A stretch of 64,000 nt of DNA from Microcystaceae cyanobacterium. GTDB taxonomy: Bacteria > Cyanobacteriota > Cyanobacteriia > Cyanobacteriales > Microcystaceae. The position numbers and the translations under genes are program-made. This document shows, one piece after another, positions 21,379-32,185 of the stretch. The stretch lies in assembly GCA_041746575.1 (NCBI GenBank), contig JBGTGT010000115.1, positions 19,207 to 83,206 on the forward strand. Direction: 5' to 3'. How positions within the stretch are numbered: the first letter of the stretch is position 1; every line of letters begins with the position of its first letter. A model generated the notes under the pieces. The model saw only the letters and a program-made list of their open reading frames with translations, was not told the DNA's origin and ran no database searches.

Positions 21379-21699
21379 ATGAACAATATTTTTAGACTTC
21401 CCGATTCTTTGCCCCACCGAGAAATTTTTGAGACCTTATTTGAAAATTCAAACTTACGAATTGAACGAATTATTTCAACAGGACAAATTACGCCGCCCGA
21501 TTACTGGTACGATCAGGCATGGGATGAATGGGTTATTTTGTTACAAGGGGAAGCGCAATTAAGTTATGAAGATGGAATTCAAATCAGCCTTAAAGCAGGA
21601 GATTATTTATTTCTAAAAGCCCACCAAAAACATCGAGTTGACTTTACCCGCTCTGAGCCTCCTTGTCTGTGGTTAGCGATTCATTTTTCAGTTCAATAA
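21379..21699 (+). CDS. cupin domain protein
   Basis: RIERIISTGQ, WYDQAWDEWVILLQG, HQKHRV, WLAIH; ATG 21379 preferred. Confidence 0.88.
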   Translation: MNNIFRLPDSLPHREIFETLFENSNLRIERIISTGQITPPDYWYDQAWDEWVILLQGEAQLSYEDGIQISLKAGDYLFLKAHQKHRVDFTRSEPPCLWLAIHFSVQ

Positions 21700-21937
21700 A
21701 TGGGGAAATAATTTATTTTTTGTTATTTTTAATTCTTAAAATGTTACAAAAAAATAGATAGGAAACTGATGGATTGACATTATTTAAAATAAATGGCTTA
21801 ATCCTTTTGAGTTTTAATGCTAGGCTGAGTCACTCAGATAGAATAGAACCCAAAAAGACTATGCTATTCTAGGAGTCTGGGAATTTTCTTGTTCCTTTCG
21901 TTTTCTCCTATTTTTCTCATTTCTGAGCAACTAACCG

Positions 21938-22546
21938 ATGAATCGCCTACTTTTGGCCTTTAGTTTGGCTTTATTCAATGTATTTCCTCTTTCTGCCCAA
22001 GAAATGCCTTCAACGGCAACTAACCTCGTTTCTCCGACGACCAAATTAGATTATACACCTCTAAAACGGTTATTAGATAATCAAAAATGGCGAGAAGCTA
22101 ATGAAAAAACGGGTGAACTCATGTTAAAAGCCGGAAATCGTCAATTACAGGGTTGGATGACCACTGATGATATTTTAAATTTAGCCTGTTGGGATCTCCA
22201 AACCATTGATTCTCTTTGGCAAGAGGCGTCGAATAATCATTTTGGTTTTAGTGTGCAGTTTCCCATTTTTATTCAAACCGGAAATCGTCCCGGACGATTA
22301 ATTTCCATTGAAGCATACGAAAAATTTGGCGATGTTGTCGGATGGCGACGTACAGAAGGAAACACCGCTAACGCTCAACCTCAATGGATTCAGTTTAAAG
22401 AAAACATCAATTTCAGCTTAGATGCGCCTGTAGGTCATTTGCCCCAAGTGCGTCAACAGTACAATTTAACGGGCAATCGTCTACAATACACGATGTTAAC
22501 GCAACGCTTAGTCGAGTGTAAAATCGTTTCTGTGCCTTCTCCTTAA
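21938..22546 (+). CDS. GUN4-domain protein with N-terminal signal peptide
   Basis: LDYTPLKRLL..QKWREANEKT, DLQTIDSLW..ASNNHFGFSVQ, FGDVVGWR, APVGHLP; signal MNRLLLAFSLALFNVFPLSA-Q. Confidence 0.88.
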   Translation: MNRLLLAFSLALFNVFPLSAQEMPSTATNLVSPTTKLDYTPLKRLLDNQKWREANEKTGELMLKAGNRQLQGWMTTDDILNLACWDLQTIDSLWQEASNNHFGFSVQFPIFIQTGNRPGRLISIEAYEKFGDVVGWRRTEGNTANAQPQWIQFKENINFSLDAPVGHLPQVRQQYNLTGNRLQYTMLTQRLVECKIVSVPSP

Positions 22547-22750
22547 ATGATTGATTGCTTGATTCAGAAATAAAGCCTAAAAGTTGTTACAGGAGGTAGA
22601 AAGCGTTAATCGTTGACTGAGCCTTAAATAGATATAATTCTAAGGGACGACTCCTGTCATTTTTTTGTTTTAGCGCATCATAATTTTCGTCTCTATCATA
22701 GGAATTGAGCTAAATTTAAGTCCATTTATGATCTTGTATTTTTAAGAGAA

Positions 22751-24211
22751 ATGTTTTATTACAAACGCTTCCCAACCCAGATTTGTAGTGTGGCGATCGC
22801 TTTATCTCTATTCACAACTGCCTGTGGTAAGGAAAAAGCCGAAGCTCCTCAAAGACAAGCCATTCCTGTTAAGCTACAAGCTCTAAAAACAGCTACTTTA
22901 ATTGATAGTAGTCAATATGTAGGAAACTTAGTGGCTCGCAAACGGGTACAAGTTGCTCCCAAAATCAGTGGTCGAATTATAGAAATCAAAGTGCAACCAG
23001 GGGATACCGTCACCCAAGGACAAACCCTTGTCATTCTTGATCCCTTGCAACAGCAAGAAGACGTTAACGCATTTATCGGTAATCTAAACCAACAAAAAGC
23101 CCGATTAAGCGAACAATGGGCGAATTTAAGAACCCTAGAAGCCCAGAGAGATGCGTCCATTTCAGAAGTGGCTAACCGAGAAGCACAAATTGCTAATAGT
23201 AAAGCGAATACGGCGAATTCAGTCGAAAACCTCAAAGGTAGTGAAGCACAACTCCGTCAGGCACAAGCGGGCTTAAATTTAGCTAAAATTAATCTCGAAC
23301 GTTCCAAAAGCTTAGTCAATGATGGGGTTCGTCCGCAACAAGACCTAGATGATAATACCGCCGCCTTTAACGATGCCGAGGCCAATGTACAAGCCTTACA
23401 AAACGCAGTAGAAGCGTCTAGAGCCAGTGTGCAAGCCTCTCAAGCCGGTGTGCAAGCCTCTCAAGCGGCCTTGAGCCAAGCCCAGAAAAACGTTAATGCC
23501 GCCCAATCACGAGTCACCGCCGCCATGTCCAGTATTAACGCCCAAAGAGCGGCTGTTGACCAAGCGGAAGGGCAATTAGGCTCAACAAAGCAAAATTTGG
23601 TTTTTAACTTCGTTCCTGCGCCAATCAATGGGATTGTGGGGGATTTTGATCAGTTCAAGTTAGGAGATTTTGTCAATACAGGACAAACTATTACTACCCT
23701 CACGAATAATCAGTTATTTGACTTAAATATTAATATTCCGGTTGAATATCAGCAACGTTTGCGAAAAGGCTTACCCGTCGAAATTATTAATTCCGATGGC
23801 ACGACGGGGGTACGGGGGGAAATGACCTATATTGCTCCGTTGACAACGCAAAATACCCAATCCCTTCTCACAAAGGTAACCTTTAGAAACGACGGTAGCC
23901 TAAGGGATGAACAGTTTGTGCGAGTACGGGTGATTTGGAACACTAAACCGGGAATTTTAATTCCTACCACCGCCGTGACAAGCTTAGGTAGTCAAAAATT
24001 CGTGTACGTAGCGCAAGAAGGAGCAGAAGACAGTAATAATCCATTAGTCGCGCGACAAGTTCCTGTTCAAGTGGGTGATATCCAAGGACAATCGTATCAA
24101 GTGGTCGGTGGTGTGAAGCCGGGGGATAGAATTGCCGTGTCACGGATTCTCGATTTGCGTGATCAAACACCCATTACCGAGGAAGCAACTATTCAAAGCA
24201 GTACACAGTGA
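22751..24211 (+). CDS. RND efflux periplasmic adaptor subunit (lipoprotein) with long coiled coil
   Basis: Lipobox-like FTTAC, APKISGRI..I.VQPGDTV, VPAPINGIVG, ILIPTTAV. Confidence 0.92.
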   Translation: MFYYKRFPTQICSVAIALSLFTTACGKEKAEAPQRQAIPVKLQALKTATLIDSSQYVGNLVARKRVQVAPKISGRIIEIKVQPGDTVTQGQTLVILDPLQQQEDVNAFIGNLNQQKARLSEQWANLRTLEAQRDASISEVANREAQIANSKANTANSVENLKGSEAQLRQAQAGLNLAKINLERSKSLVNDGVRPQQDLDDNTAAFNDAEANVQALQNAVEASRASVQASQAGVQASQAALSQAQKNVNAAQSRVTAAMSSINAQRAAVDQAEGQLGSTKQNLVFNFVPAPINGIVGDFDQFKLGDFVNTGQTITTLTNNQLFDLNINIPVEYQQRLRKGLPVEIINSDGTTGVRGEMTYIAPLTTQNTQSLLTKVTFRNDGSLRDEQFVRVRVIWNTKPGILIPTTAVTSLGSQKFVYVAQEGAEDSNNPLVARQVPVQVGDIQGQSYQVVGGVKPGDRIAVSRILDLRDQTPITEEATIQSSTQ

Positions 24212-24241
24212 CCCCCTTAAACCTGATTTCTAAATTCTAAG

Positions 24242-27200
24242 ATGATTCTTTCTTTATCCAATGCTTTTATTAAACGTCCTGTCTTAACCACCGTTTGTAG
24301 TATTGTCATTGTGCTAGTGGGATTAATTTGTGTGGCCTTTCTTCCTTTGGATAAATTGCCCGAAATTGCCCCTAGACAGATAACGGTAACCGCTAATTAC
24401 ATTGGTGCAGATGCGAAAACCACTGAAGATAACGTAACGACGGTTTTAGAGCGACGAATCAACGGAACAGAACGAGTGAGATGGATTACGTCTAATACCG
24501 ATAATACAGGGACGGTGTCGATTAATGTGTCTTTTCCAACAGAAATGGATCGCAATACGGCACAAGTGCTTGTGCAGAACCGCGTTTCTCAAGCGCAGTC
24601 TGACTTACCGGCAGTGGTTAATCAATCGGGGGTGACAACAGAAGCACAATCTCCCACTGTTACGCTGGTTTACGCATTTTATTCTGACAAAGACGAACAG
24701 GGAAATTATTTTTATGATCCTACCTTTCTCTTTAACTATGTTGATCGTTATATTTTTAACGAAGTGGCCGGATTGCCGGGGGTGGGTTCGGTTAACATCG
24801 TGGGAGCGGCTGAATATGCGATGCGGATTTGGCTCGATCCTGAGAAATTGGCCGCTAGGAATTTAACCGCCAGCGATATTCTTAATGTTTTGCAAACCCA
24901 AAACGCCGATGTGGGGGCAGGTAGAATAGGTCAACTGCCTAATTTAGGAGACCATCAATTTGAAATTCCCTTACGGGTTGCTGGCCGCTTTACCACGCCA
25001 AAGGAAGCGGAAGATTTAGTGGTACAAGTGGGCAATAATGGGACTTTAATTCGCATTGGAGATGTAGGACGCGCCGAATTAGGTCTGGCTAATTACAATA
25101 CCCTTGTGGAAGTGGATGGTTATCCGGGAGTGGCATTACTGATCTATCAGCAACCCGGCACCAACGCCGTCGAAACGGCCGAAGCCGCCAAAGCCAAAAT
25201 AGCCGAATTACAAGAAGGCTTTCCCCCCGGCTTAAATACCGTTATTGGTTTGGATAGCACCCTCTTTATCGATGCCTCCCTTCAAGATTTAGTCGTTACC
25301 CTCATCCAAGCGATCGCTCTTGTGGTACTGGTGATCTTTATTTTTCTCCAAGATTGGCGCACGACAATTATTCCGGGAATTGCTATTCCTGTCGCCTTAA
25401 TTGGCACAATGATTGGTTTAAAAGCTTTCGGATTTACCTTAAACCAGTTGAGTTTGTTTGCTTGCGTACTAGCGGCGGGTTTAGTGGTAGATGATGGGAT
25501 TGTTATTGTCGAAGCGATTTCCGAAAAATTAGACCAAGGTATGCGGCCTTTACAGGCGGCGATGGATGCGATGGAGGAACTGTTTGGGGCAACCCTAGCC
25601 ACCAGTATTGTTTTGATGGCGGTATTTGTGCCGGTTACCTTCTTTCCGGGGACAACGGGAATTGTTTATCGTCAATTTGCGATTACTATCATTGGAGCAG
25701 TGATCGTTTCGACCTTTAACGCCGTTTCTTTCTCTCCGACCATGTCGGCGATCTTGCTCAGTGCAGGAGAAAAAAAACATGGCCCTTTGGCAATCTTTTT
25801 TAATTGGTTTAACGGGGTGTTTGATTGGATTTTGGGAGGTTATCGCCGTTTTATTACCTTTCTCACCCGCATTAAAATAGTAGTCATGGTCTTATTTGTC
25901 CTAGGGCTGTTTGCCACCTATCAGATCTACACTACTATGCCCTCTGGGTTCATTCCGGCTGAAGATCAGGGGTACTTTATCGGCATTCTGGAAGCTCCAC
26001 CGGGGGTATCGATGAATTACACCTACAACATCGTCCAACAAGCCGCCCAAATTGTCAAAGATAACCCTAATTCGGAGCAAATTCTAGAACACGTCGTCTC
26101 CGTTACAGGGTTTTCTTTTGATGGGTTCAACGCCAATAAAGGGGTCATTTTCATTAAGCTTAAGCCGTGGGAGGAGCGTCCGAGGGCAACGAACTCTGTT
26201 TTTGGCATGATTCAATCGCTTAATCGCTCCTTTGGTCAAGAAATCAACGGGGCAAGGGTCATTGCCGCTAATGCACCAGCCGTTGATGGACTGAGTAACT
26301 TCGATGGCTCAGAAATCTTTATCCAAGACCGCCAATTAAAGGGTATGGATGTGTTAATTGACAATACCCAACAAGTAATGGCAAAAGCAAACCAACGTCC
26401 CGAAATTGCCTTTGTTTTTACTCCTTTTACTTTTGATAGCCCTTTAATGGAAATCTCAATCAACCGAGAAAAAGCAAATGCACAGAATGTTAATATTAGC
26501 GAGATTCTCACTACCCTACAAGTTTATATTGGTTCGCGGTTTGTCAATCAATTTGTCTTTGATGGACGTCTCTATCGGGTATTTGCTCAAGCGGAAGCAG
26601 AAGCTCGCTCGAATCCTCAAGATATTCAGCGTTTGTATGTTCGTTCCCGTAGCGGGGATGTCATTCCTCTGAGTAATTTTGTGACATTAACCCCCACTAC
26701 CTATCCGCCGATTCTTAACCGTTATAAGACCTATCCTGCCATTAAATTAATTGCTGTGCCAGCCGATGGATATAGTTCGGGACAAGTCATCCAAGCGATG
26801 GAAGAAGTCGCGAATGCCACCTTACAACCCGGTTTTGGCTATGAGTGGACTAATACTGCCTTTGAAGAGAGAAGTTCAGCCGGAGCAGCCCCAATCGTCT
26901 TTGGCTTGGCATTTGTGATTGTTTTTCTCGTCTTAGCTGCACAGTACGAAAGCTATATCGACCCCACGATTATTTTGTTAACCGTTCCCTTGGCAATTTT
27001 AGGGGCATTAGGCGCAATTTGGCTACGGGCAAATCTGGTGCAACCGTTATCCATTAATCCGGGGGCAGGTATTTGGCCAACCCTCAATAATAATATGTAT
27101 GCTCAAGTGGCTTTAGTCATGTTAATCGGACTAGCGGCGAAAAATGCCATTTTAATTGTGGAATTTGCTAATCAATCTCGTGATTTGGGCATGAACATCA

Positions 27201-27565
27201 CCCAAGCAGCCATTTATGCGGCTGAGAAACGCTTTCGTCCTATTCTGATGACGGCAATTTCTTCTCTGGTCGGATTTGCGCCGCTACTTGCGGCATCGGG
27301 TGCGGGTGCAATCAGTCGTTGGTCGTTGGGAACGGCGATTTTTGGCGGATTAGCCTTTGCAACGGTGTTAAGTTTGGTCTTAGTCCCAATTTTGTATATC
27401 GTGGTCAAGAATTTTGAAGACAATGTGCTTAAAGGACAATCTTCTTCTCCTAAACCGCCCCCCCCTCCTTCTCCTCCCCCAGAAAAAGCTGAATCAGCTA
27501 AAACTCAGAGTACTAAAAACGAAAATCAAACAGAGGCGGGAATTCAAGCGATCGATCCAACGTAA
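24242..27565 (+). CDS. RND efflux permease (AcrB/HAE1 family)
   Basis: FIKRPVL, MRIWLDP, GLVVDDGIVIVE, GLAAKNAILIVEFA, RFRPILMT; Pro-rich tail. Confidence 0.95.
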   Translation: MILSLSNAFIKRPVLTTVCSIVIVLVGLICVAFLPLDKLPEIAPRQITVTANYIGADAKTTEDNVTTVLERRINGTERVRWITSNTDNTGTVSINVSFPTEMDRNTAQVLVQNRVSQAQSDLPAVVNQSGVTTEAQSPTVTLVYAFYSDKDEQGNYFYDPTFLFNYVDRYIFNEVAGLPGVGSVNIVGAAEYAMRIWLDPEKLAARNLTASDILNVLQTQNADVGAGRIGQLPNLGDHQFEIPLRVAGRFTTPKEAEDLVVQVGNNGTLIRIGDVGRAELGLANYNTLVEVDGYPGVALLIYQQPGTNAVETAEAAKAKIAELQEGFPPGLNTVIGLDSTLFIDASLQDLVVTLIQAIALVVLVIFIFLQDWRTTIIPGIAIPVALIGTMIGLKAFGFTLNQLSLFACVLAAGLVVDDGIVIVEAISEKLDQGMRPLQAAMDAMEELFGATLATSIVLMAVFVPVTFFPGTTGIVYRQFAITIIGAVIVSTFNAVSFSPTMSAILLSAGEKKHGPLAIFFNWFNGVFDWILGGYRRFITFLTRIKIVVMVLFVLGLFATYQIYTTMPSGFIPAEDQGYFIGILEAPPGVSMNYTYNIVQQAAQIVKDNPNSEQILEHVVSVTGFSFDGFNANKGVIFIKLKPWEERPRATNSVFGMIQSLNRSFGQEINGARVIAANAPAVDGLSNFDGSEIFIQDRQLKGMDVLIDNTQQVMAKANQRPEIAFVFTPFTFDSPLMEISINREKANAQNVNISEILTTLQVYIGSRFVNQFVFDGRLYRVFAQAEAEARSNPQDIQRLYVRSRSGDVIPLSNFVTLTPTTYPPILNRYKTYPAIKLIAVPADGYSSGQVIQAMEEVANATLQPGFGYEWTNTAFEERSSAGAAPIVFGLAFVIVFLVLAAQYESYIDPTIILLTVPLAILGALGAIWLRANLVQPLSINPGAGIWPTLNNNMYAQVALVMLIGLAAKNAILIVEFANQSRDLGMNITQAAIYAAEKRFRPILMTAISSLVGFAPLLAASGAGAISRWSLGTAIFGGLAFATVLSLVLVPILYIVVKNFEDNVLKGQSSSPKPPPPPSPPPEKAESAKTQSTKNENQTEAGIQAIDPT

Positions 27566-27760
27566 GAGGATTAAATAACCGTAAAAACACTGATGAAGCG
27601 GCGTAATTCAGCCAAATAGTTTAAATAATTGTATCTTCATTTATTGCCGAGAGTAAAACGGAATATAATAGTTTTATCTCCTGAATTCGTCGTAAACAGG
27701 AGGTATTTTTTTATGATGCCAATGGCCTCATTCATCTCAAACTTCCCATCCTAAATTGAC

Positions 27761-28492
27761 ATGACCTATCGCCTCAGAATTGCTGATCTACCAACCAATG
27801 AACGTCCGAGGGAACGTCTTTTAGAACGAGGCGCATCCTATCTTTCAACAGCAGAATTATTAGCCATTTTATTAGGGACAGGTCAGGGCAAAGGTAAGCT
27901 TTCTGCGGTAGGATTAGGGCAGTATATTCTCAAAGAATTAGAAAAATATCATCGAGATCCCTTAGACGTTTTACGCGCCATTAGTCCTCAAGAATTGATG
28001 AAAATTCCGGGTATTGGACCGGCTAAAGCAACCACCATCTTAGCGGCGATTGAATTAGGGAAACGAACTTTTCAATTACGACCCCCTGAGCGCATTATTT
28101 TAGATAGTCCTGATAAGGCTGCGGCGGCTTTAAGTCATGATTTAATGTGGCAAGGTGAAGAGCGTTTTGCGGTCGTTTTATTAGATATTAAAAACCGTCT
28201 AATTGGTACCAAAGTGATTACTATTGGGACAGCAACCGAAACCTTAGTCGACCCAGCCGGTATTTTTAGAGAAGTGATTAAACAAGGGGCAACTCGGATG
28301 ATTATCGCTCACAATCACCCTTCTGGTAACCTAGAACCGAGTCCCGAAGATATTCATTTAACTGAAGAATTATTACAAGGTGCCAAATATTTACATATTC
28401 CTTTACTGGATCATTTAATATTAGGAAATGGGGATTATCAAAGTTTACGTCAAAGGACAGATTTATGGCAATGCTTTCCTCAAGGTGATTGA
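27761..28492 (+). CDS. radC: RadC-family JAB domain protein
   Basis: ERPRERL, HhH motif [16 protein letters not shown]...[13 protein letters not shown]. Confidence 0.95.
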   Translation: MTYRLRIADLPTNERPRERLLERGASYLSTAELLAILLGTGQGKGKLSAVGLGQYILKELEKYHRDPLDVLRAISPQELMKIPGIGPAKATTILAAIELGKRTFQLRPPERIILDSPDKAAAALSHDLMWQGEERFAVVLLDIKNRLIGTKVITIGTATETLVDPAGIFREVIKQGATRMIIAHNHPSGNLEPSPEDIHLTEELLQGAKYLHIPLLDHLILGNGDYQSLRQRTDLWQCFPQGD

Positions 28493-28684
28493 TTTTTTAT
28501 AAGTTATAACTTACAATCTTTTGCGACTTGATAAGGGATAGGGGTAATGGTAGGATTACAAGATTTGCAGCCGAAGGGGTATGGTATTCACTTACAATTT
28601 GCTGTAAAAATATATCTTAAACTTGAGACGTTGTTCTTTAAAAAATATCCGTATGCTTTATTTTTTTACAATTTATTATATTTA

Positions 28685-28891
28685 TCAAATCAGCATTCTT
28701 GCTTTTAAAAGAAAATCAATTGCCTCCTCAAGCTGTTGAAGCGTTTTCGGATCTTTGGATTCAGTTTTTAGCGTTGTCAGTATCTCCAATGTTTCTGCTA
28801 AATAATGTTTTACCTCTTGATTACTTTCTAAGATGTTTTGAATATCTTCGTCAGATTCCGAGAGAACTTGATGAGACCTGATAATATTCAT
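28685..28891 (-). CDS. hypothetical helical protein (68 aa)
   Basis: ATG-started ORF with amphipathic, charged, protein-like composition in an otherwise empty region. Confidence 0.5.
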   Translation of the reverse strand: MNIIRSHQVLSESDEDIQNILESNQEVKHYLAETLEILTTLKTESKDPKTLQQLEEAIDFLLKARMLI

Positions 28892-29131
28892 CTATTTCGG
28901 CCTTAATATCTAAGTGGGATGACGATATTTTAAGCAATCATAATTGAGTAATTCATCCTATTAAATCATGAACCAAAAGCATGAAAAAAGTCTCATTCTA
29001 AAGTGCTAAGTAGAGTTAAGGAGTATAGATTTCTGATCACAGATTCGTGCTATGATTTCACTGGAAAGTTATTATTTCCTGATTCAGTCGTGCTTGTAAC
29101 CTCTTTCTTAAGTTAAAAGAATTACTTATCC

Positions 29132-31552
29132 ATGCGAATTTCAGTTAACTGGCTGCGAGAATTAGTCAATTTTACCCTAACCCCTGAAGAATTAGCAGAA
29201 ATCCTCACCATTGCAGGGTTAGAAGTTGAAGAAATCGAAGATCGTCGCACCTGGGCAGAAGGCGTTGTTTTAGGTAAAATTTTACAAAAAGATCCCCATC
29301 CCAACGCTGATAAATTAAGCGTCTGTACTGTCGATATTGGGCAAAAAGAACCCTTAAACATTGTTTGTGGTGCGCCGAATGCTTGTCAAGATATCTACGT
29401 CCCTGTTGCAACCATTGGCACTTATTTACCGAAAATTGATCTGAAAATCAAACCCGCTAAACTGCGCGGTGTTCCTTCTGAGGGAATGATTTGCTCTTTG
29501 GCAGAGTTGGGTTTGGCAAAAGAATCAGCCGGAATTCACATTTTTGAGAGAGAACCTTTAGAATTAGGGCAAGATGTTAGACCTTTCTTAGGGTTGGATG
29601 ATGTTATTCTTGATATTTATCCCACTGCTAACCGTGCTGATGCCATGAGTATGGTAGGGGTTGCCAGAGAGGTTGCCGCTTTAACGGGGGGAAATTTGAC
29701 CCTTCCTGAAGCAAAAAGCTTCAATTTAAAGAATAAAAAAGGGGAATTAAGCTTAGAGATCACCGAAACTCAAGCTTGTCCCATTTATATTGGTACAGTG
29801 ATTGAAAACGTCACGATTGAACCTTCTCCACTGTGGTTACAGGCTAAATTAGAGGCCGCAGGAATGCGTCCGATTAACAACGTGGTGGATATTACTAACT
29901 TAATTTTGCTTGAATGGGGGCAACCACTCCATGCTTTTGACCGAGAACGATTAAAAACGCTTGGAAATTCCCAGAAATTAAACTTAGGCGTACGCTTTGC
30001 TAAAGATACGGAAAAACTAAAAACCCTCGATGGACAACAAAGGGACTTAAAACCGAATAATTTAGTGATTACGACGAATAATGTTCCCGTTGCGCTGGCA
30101 GGGGTGATGGGAGGAGAAGAAACAGAAGTTGACGAAGACACACAAAACTTGGTACTAGAGGCGGCTATCTTTGACCCGATTATGATTCGGCGATCGTCTC
30201 GTTGTCAAGGGTTACGCAGTGAATCTTCTACGCGCTACGAAAGAGGTGTGAATCTTTTAGCGATAGAAACAGCCGTAAATCGAGCCATTGAACTGCTAGA
30301 AGAGATTGCCAAAGGAAAAGCAACAATTCAGATAAAAGCAGATGCTAGACCCGATTTATCAACGCAAACAATAGAATTGCGCCTAGAACAAATTTATCAA
30401 GTCCTCGGTAAGGTTCGAGGGGGAGAGATTACGATCGCAGATATAGAACGGATTTTAGGAGATTTAAATTGTCAATTGCAATCAAAGAGCAAAAATCCAC
30501 AAATTTGGTCGGTGACTGTTCCTAGCTATCGTTATCGAGATTTAGAGCGAGAAATTGATTTAATTGAAGAAGTGGCGCGATTATATGGTTATGATCGCTT
30601 TTGTGATACTCTTCCTGCTAAAACGGAAGCTGGAATATTACCGATTGAAACACAAACAGAGCGCAAAGTGAGGGAAGCTTTTCGTGGCGTTGGTTTGACA
30701 GAAGTGGTCCAGTATTCTTTGGTTAAGCCAGTCAAAGGAGAAATTACCCTTGCTAACCCACTTTTTGCGGAATATTCTGCCTTAAGGACGAATTTACTGG
30801 ATGGTTTGATTGAAGCATTTGTCAGTAATCAACTACAAGGGAATGTTTTAAATGCCTTTGAATTAGGACGTGTTTTTGAGAAAAATGGAGAAAAGCCCCA
30901 AGAAAGAGACGTTATTGCTGGAATTTTCGGCGGAGAAATATTTGCTGAAGGTCGTTGGTTAAGAGGCGGCAAAGCGCAATCAATGGGATGGTATGAAGCA
31001 AAAGGTATCTTAGAAACGGTATTTCAACGTTTAAGTCTTCAGGTGACTTATAAACCTGATAGTGATGATTCCCGCTTACATCCGGGACGAACGGCCTCAT
31101 TGTGGCTTAAAAAGCAACGTTTAGGGGTTTTTGGTCAACTCCATCCCCAATTACGACAGCAACGAGACTTAGAAGATGAAGTCTATGGCTTTGAATTGGA
31201 TTTTAGTCGATTGTCCGAGTTATTACAGCGTGAGAGCTTATTAACTCCTCATTTTAAATCCTATTCAACTTATCCTGCGGTTGAACGAGATTTAGCTTTC
31301 TTTGCTGAGGTTAAATTATCGGTTGCTGAGTTAAGTCAAACGATGACACAAGCAGGGGGAAATTTGCTGGAAAATATCGAATTATTTGACCAATATCAAG
31401 GAGAAAATGTCCCAGATGGTCAGCGAAGTCTGGCTTTCCGTTTAGTGTATCGTAGTAGCGATCGCACTTTGACGGATAATGAAGTTGATCCGGTTCATAA
31501 TCAAGTTCGGGATGCTTTGGTTAAACACTTTCAGGTTACTTTACGCAGTTAA
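29132..31552 (+). CDS. pheT: phenylalanyl-tRNA synthetase beta subunit
   Basis: [51 protein letters not shown]. Confidence 0.98.
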   Translation: MRISVNWLRELVNFTLTPEELAEILTIAGLEVEEIEDRRTWAEGVVLGKILQKDPHPNADKLSVCTVDIGQKEPLNIVCGAPNACQDIYVPVATIGTYLPKIDLKIKPAKLRGVPSEGMICSLAELGLAKESAGIHIFEREPLELGQDVRPFLGLDDVILDIYPTANRADAMSMVGVAREVAALTGGNLTLPEAKSFNLKNKKGELSLEITETQACPIYIGTVIENVTIEPSPLWLQAKLEAAGMRPINNVVDITNLILLEWGQPLHAFDRERLKTLGNSQKLNLGVRFAKDTEKLKTLDGQQRDLKPNNLVITTNNVPVALAGVMGGEETEVDEDTQNLVLEAAIFDPIMIRRSSRCQGLRSESSTRYERGVNLLAIETAVNRAIELLEEIAKGKATIQIKADARPDLSTQTIELRLEQIYQVLGKVRGGEITIADIERILGDLNCQLQSKSKNPQIWSVTVPSYRYRDLEREIDLIEEVARLYGYDRFCDTLPAKTEAGILPIETQTERKVREAFRGVGLTEVVQYSLVKPVKGEITLANPLFAEYSALRTNLLDGLIEAFVSNQLQGNVLNAFELGRVFEKNGEKPQERDVIAGIFGGEIFAEGRWLRGGKAQSMGWYEAKGILETVFQRLSLQVTYKPDSDDSRLHPGRTASLWLKKQRLGVFGQLHPQLRQQRDLEDEVYGFELDFSRLSELLQRESLLTPHFKSYSTYPAVERDLAFFAEVKLSVAELSQTMTQAGGNLLENIELFDQYQGENVPDGQRSLAFRLVYRSSDRTLTDNEVDPVHNQVRDALVKHFQVTLRS

Positions 31553-31905
31553 AAATAGCTTTTTTTGAGATAAAAAATGAATAAATTAGAGTAATAAACG
31601 GGAGCTTACCCCAAAAGCTTTTAATGGGTTGCTGATTATTCCTCTATTTTTGTTTTTCTAGCAATAAGATACAAAAAAGATGCCATTTAATTTGTCCTTA
31701 TCTCATTTTCTGTTTTAAAAATGCAACAATTGATACTATCTTGAAGGATCGGGCAGAATTTGTTACAATGAAGAGGTAAAAAAGAAAACTCAAGTGTTAG
31801 TCAGTATTAATACAGACGGTTTTTGATCAAATCAGTAAAGGGACCCCAAGAATTCAGCATTCGTTTCAGGATTCTTCGCGACATCCCCATAGGAGAGCAG
31901 TAAAC

Positions 31906-32019
31906 ATGACATTAGAATTCACGCAAGCGTTAGAAATCATTAGTTTATTATCCGTTGCCTGTATCGCTTTATCACCTATTTTGGTATGGGTTTTCACCCA
32001 TCGTTCAGAAACGGCCTAG
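31906..32019 (+). CDS. 37-aa single-TM peptide MTLEFTQALEIISLLSVACIALSPILVWVFTHRSETA
   Basis: Manual translation. AGGAGA RBS at 31891 and an intrinsic terminator 28 nt after the stop. Confidence 0.7.
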   Translation: MTLEFTQALEIISLLSVACIALSPILVWVFTHRSETA

Positions 32020-32046
32020 TTTCTATCTTTCTACATAGAATCTTAG

Positions 32047-32083
32047 AAAAAGGGGGAGTCAACGCACTTCCCTTTATTTTTTT
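32047..32083 (+). terminator. intrinsic terminator
   Basis: aaagggggagt-caacgc-acttcccttt followed by attttttt. Confidence 0.7.
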
Positions 32084-32185
32084 CTAAATTGGGAATACTA
32101 TTGTTCAAAATCTCTTTGTAACAAAACCAAATTGATCTGTCACTGTGTCTGGCTCTATCAGACCGATCAAGAGCGATCTCGCTTT

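Noticed and set aside
27761..28492. radC as marker of a mobile or anti-defence island
   Set aside because: Full-length chromosomal type with HhH domain, flanked by core genes; no integrase or att sites seen.
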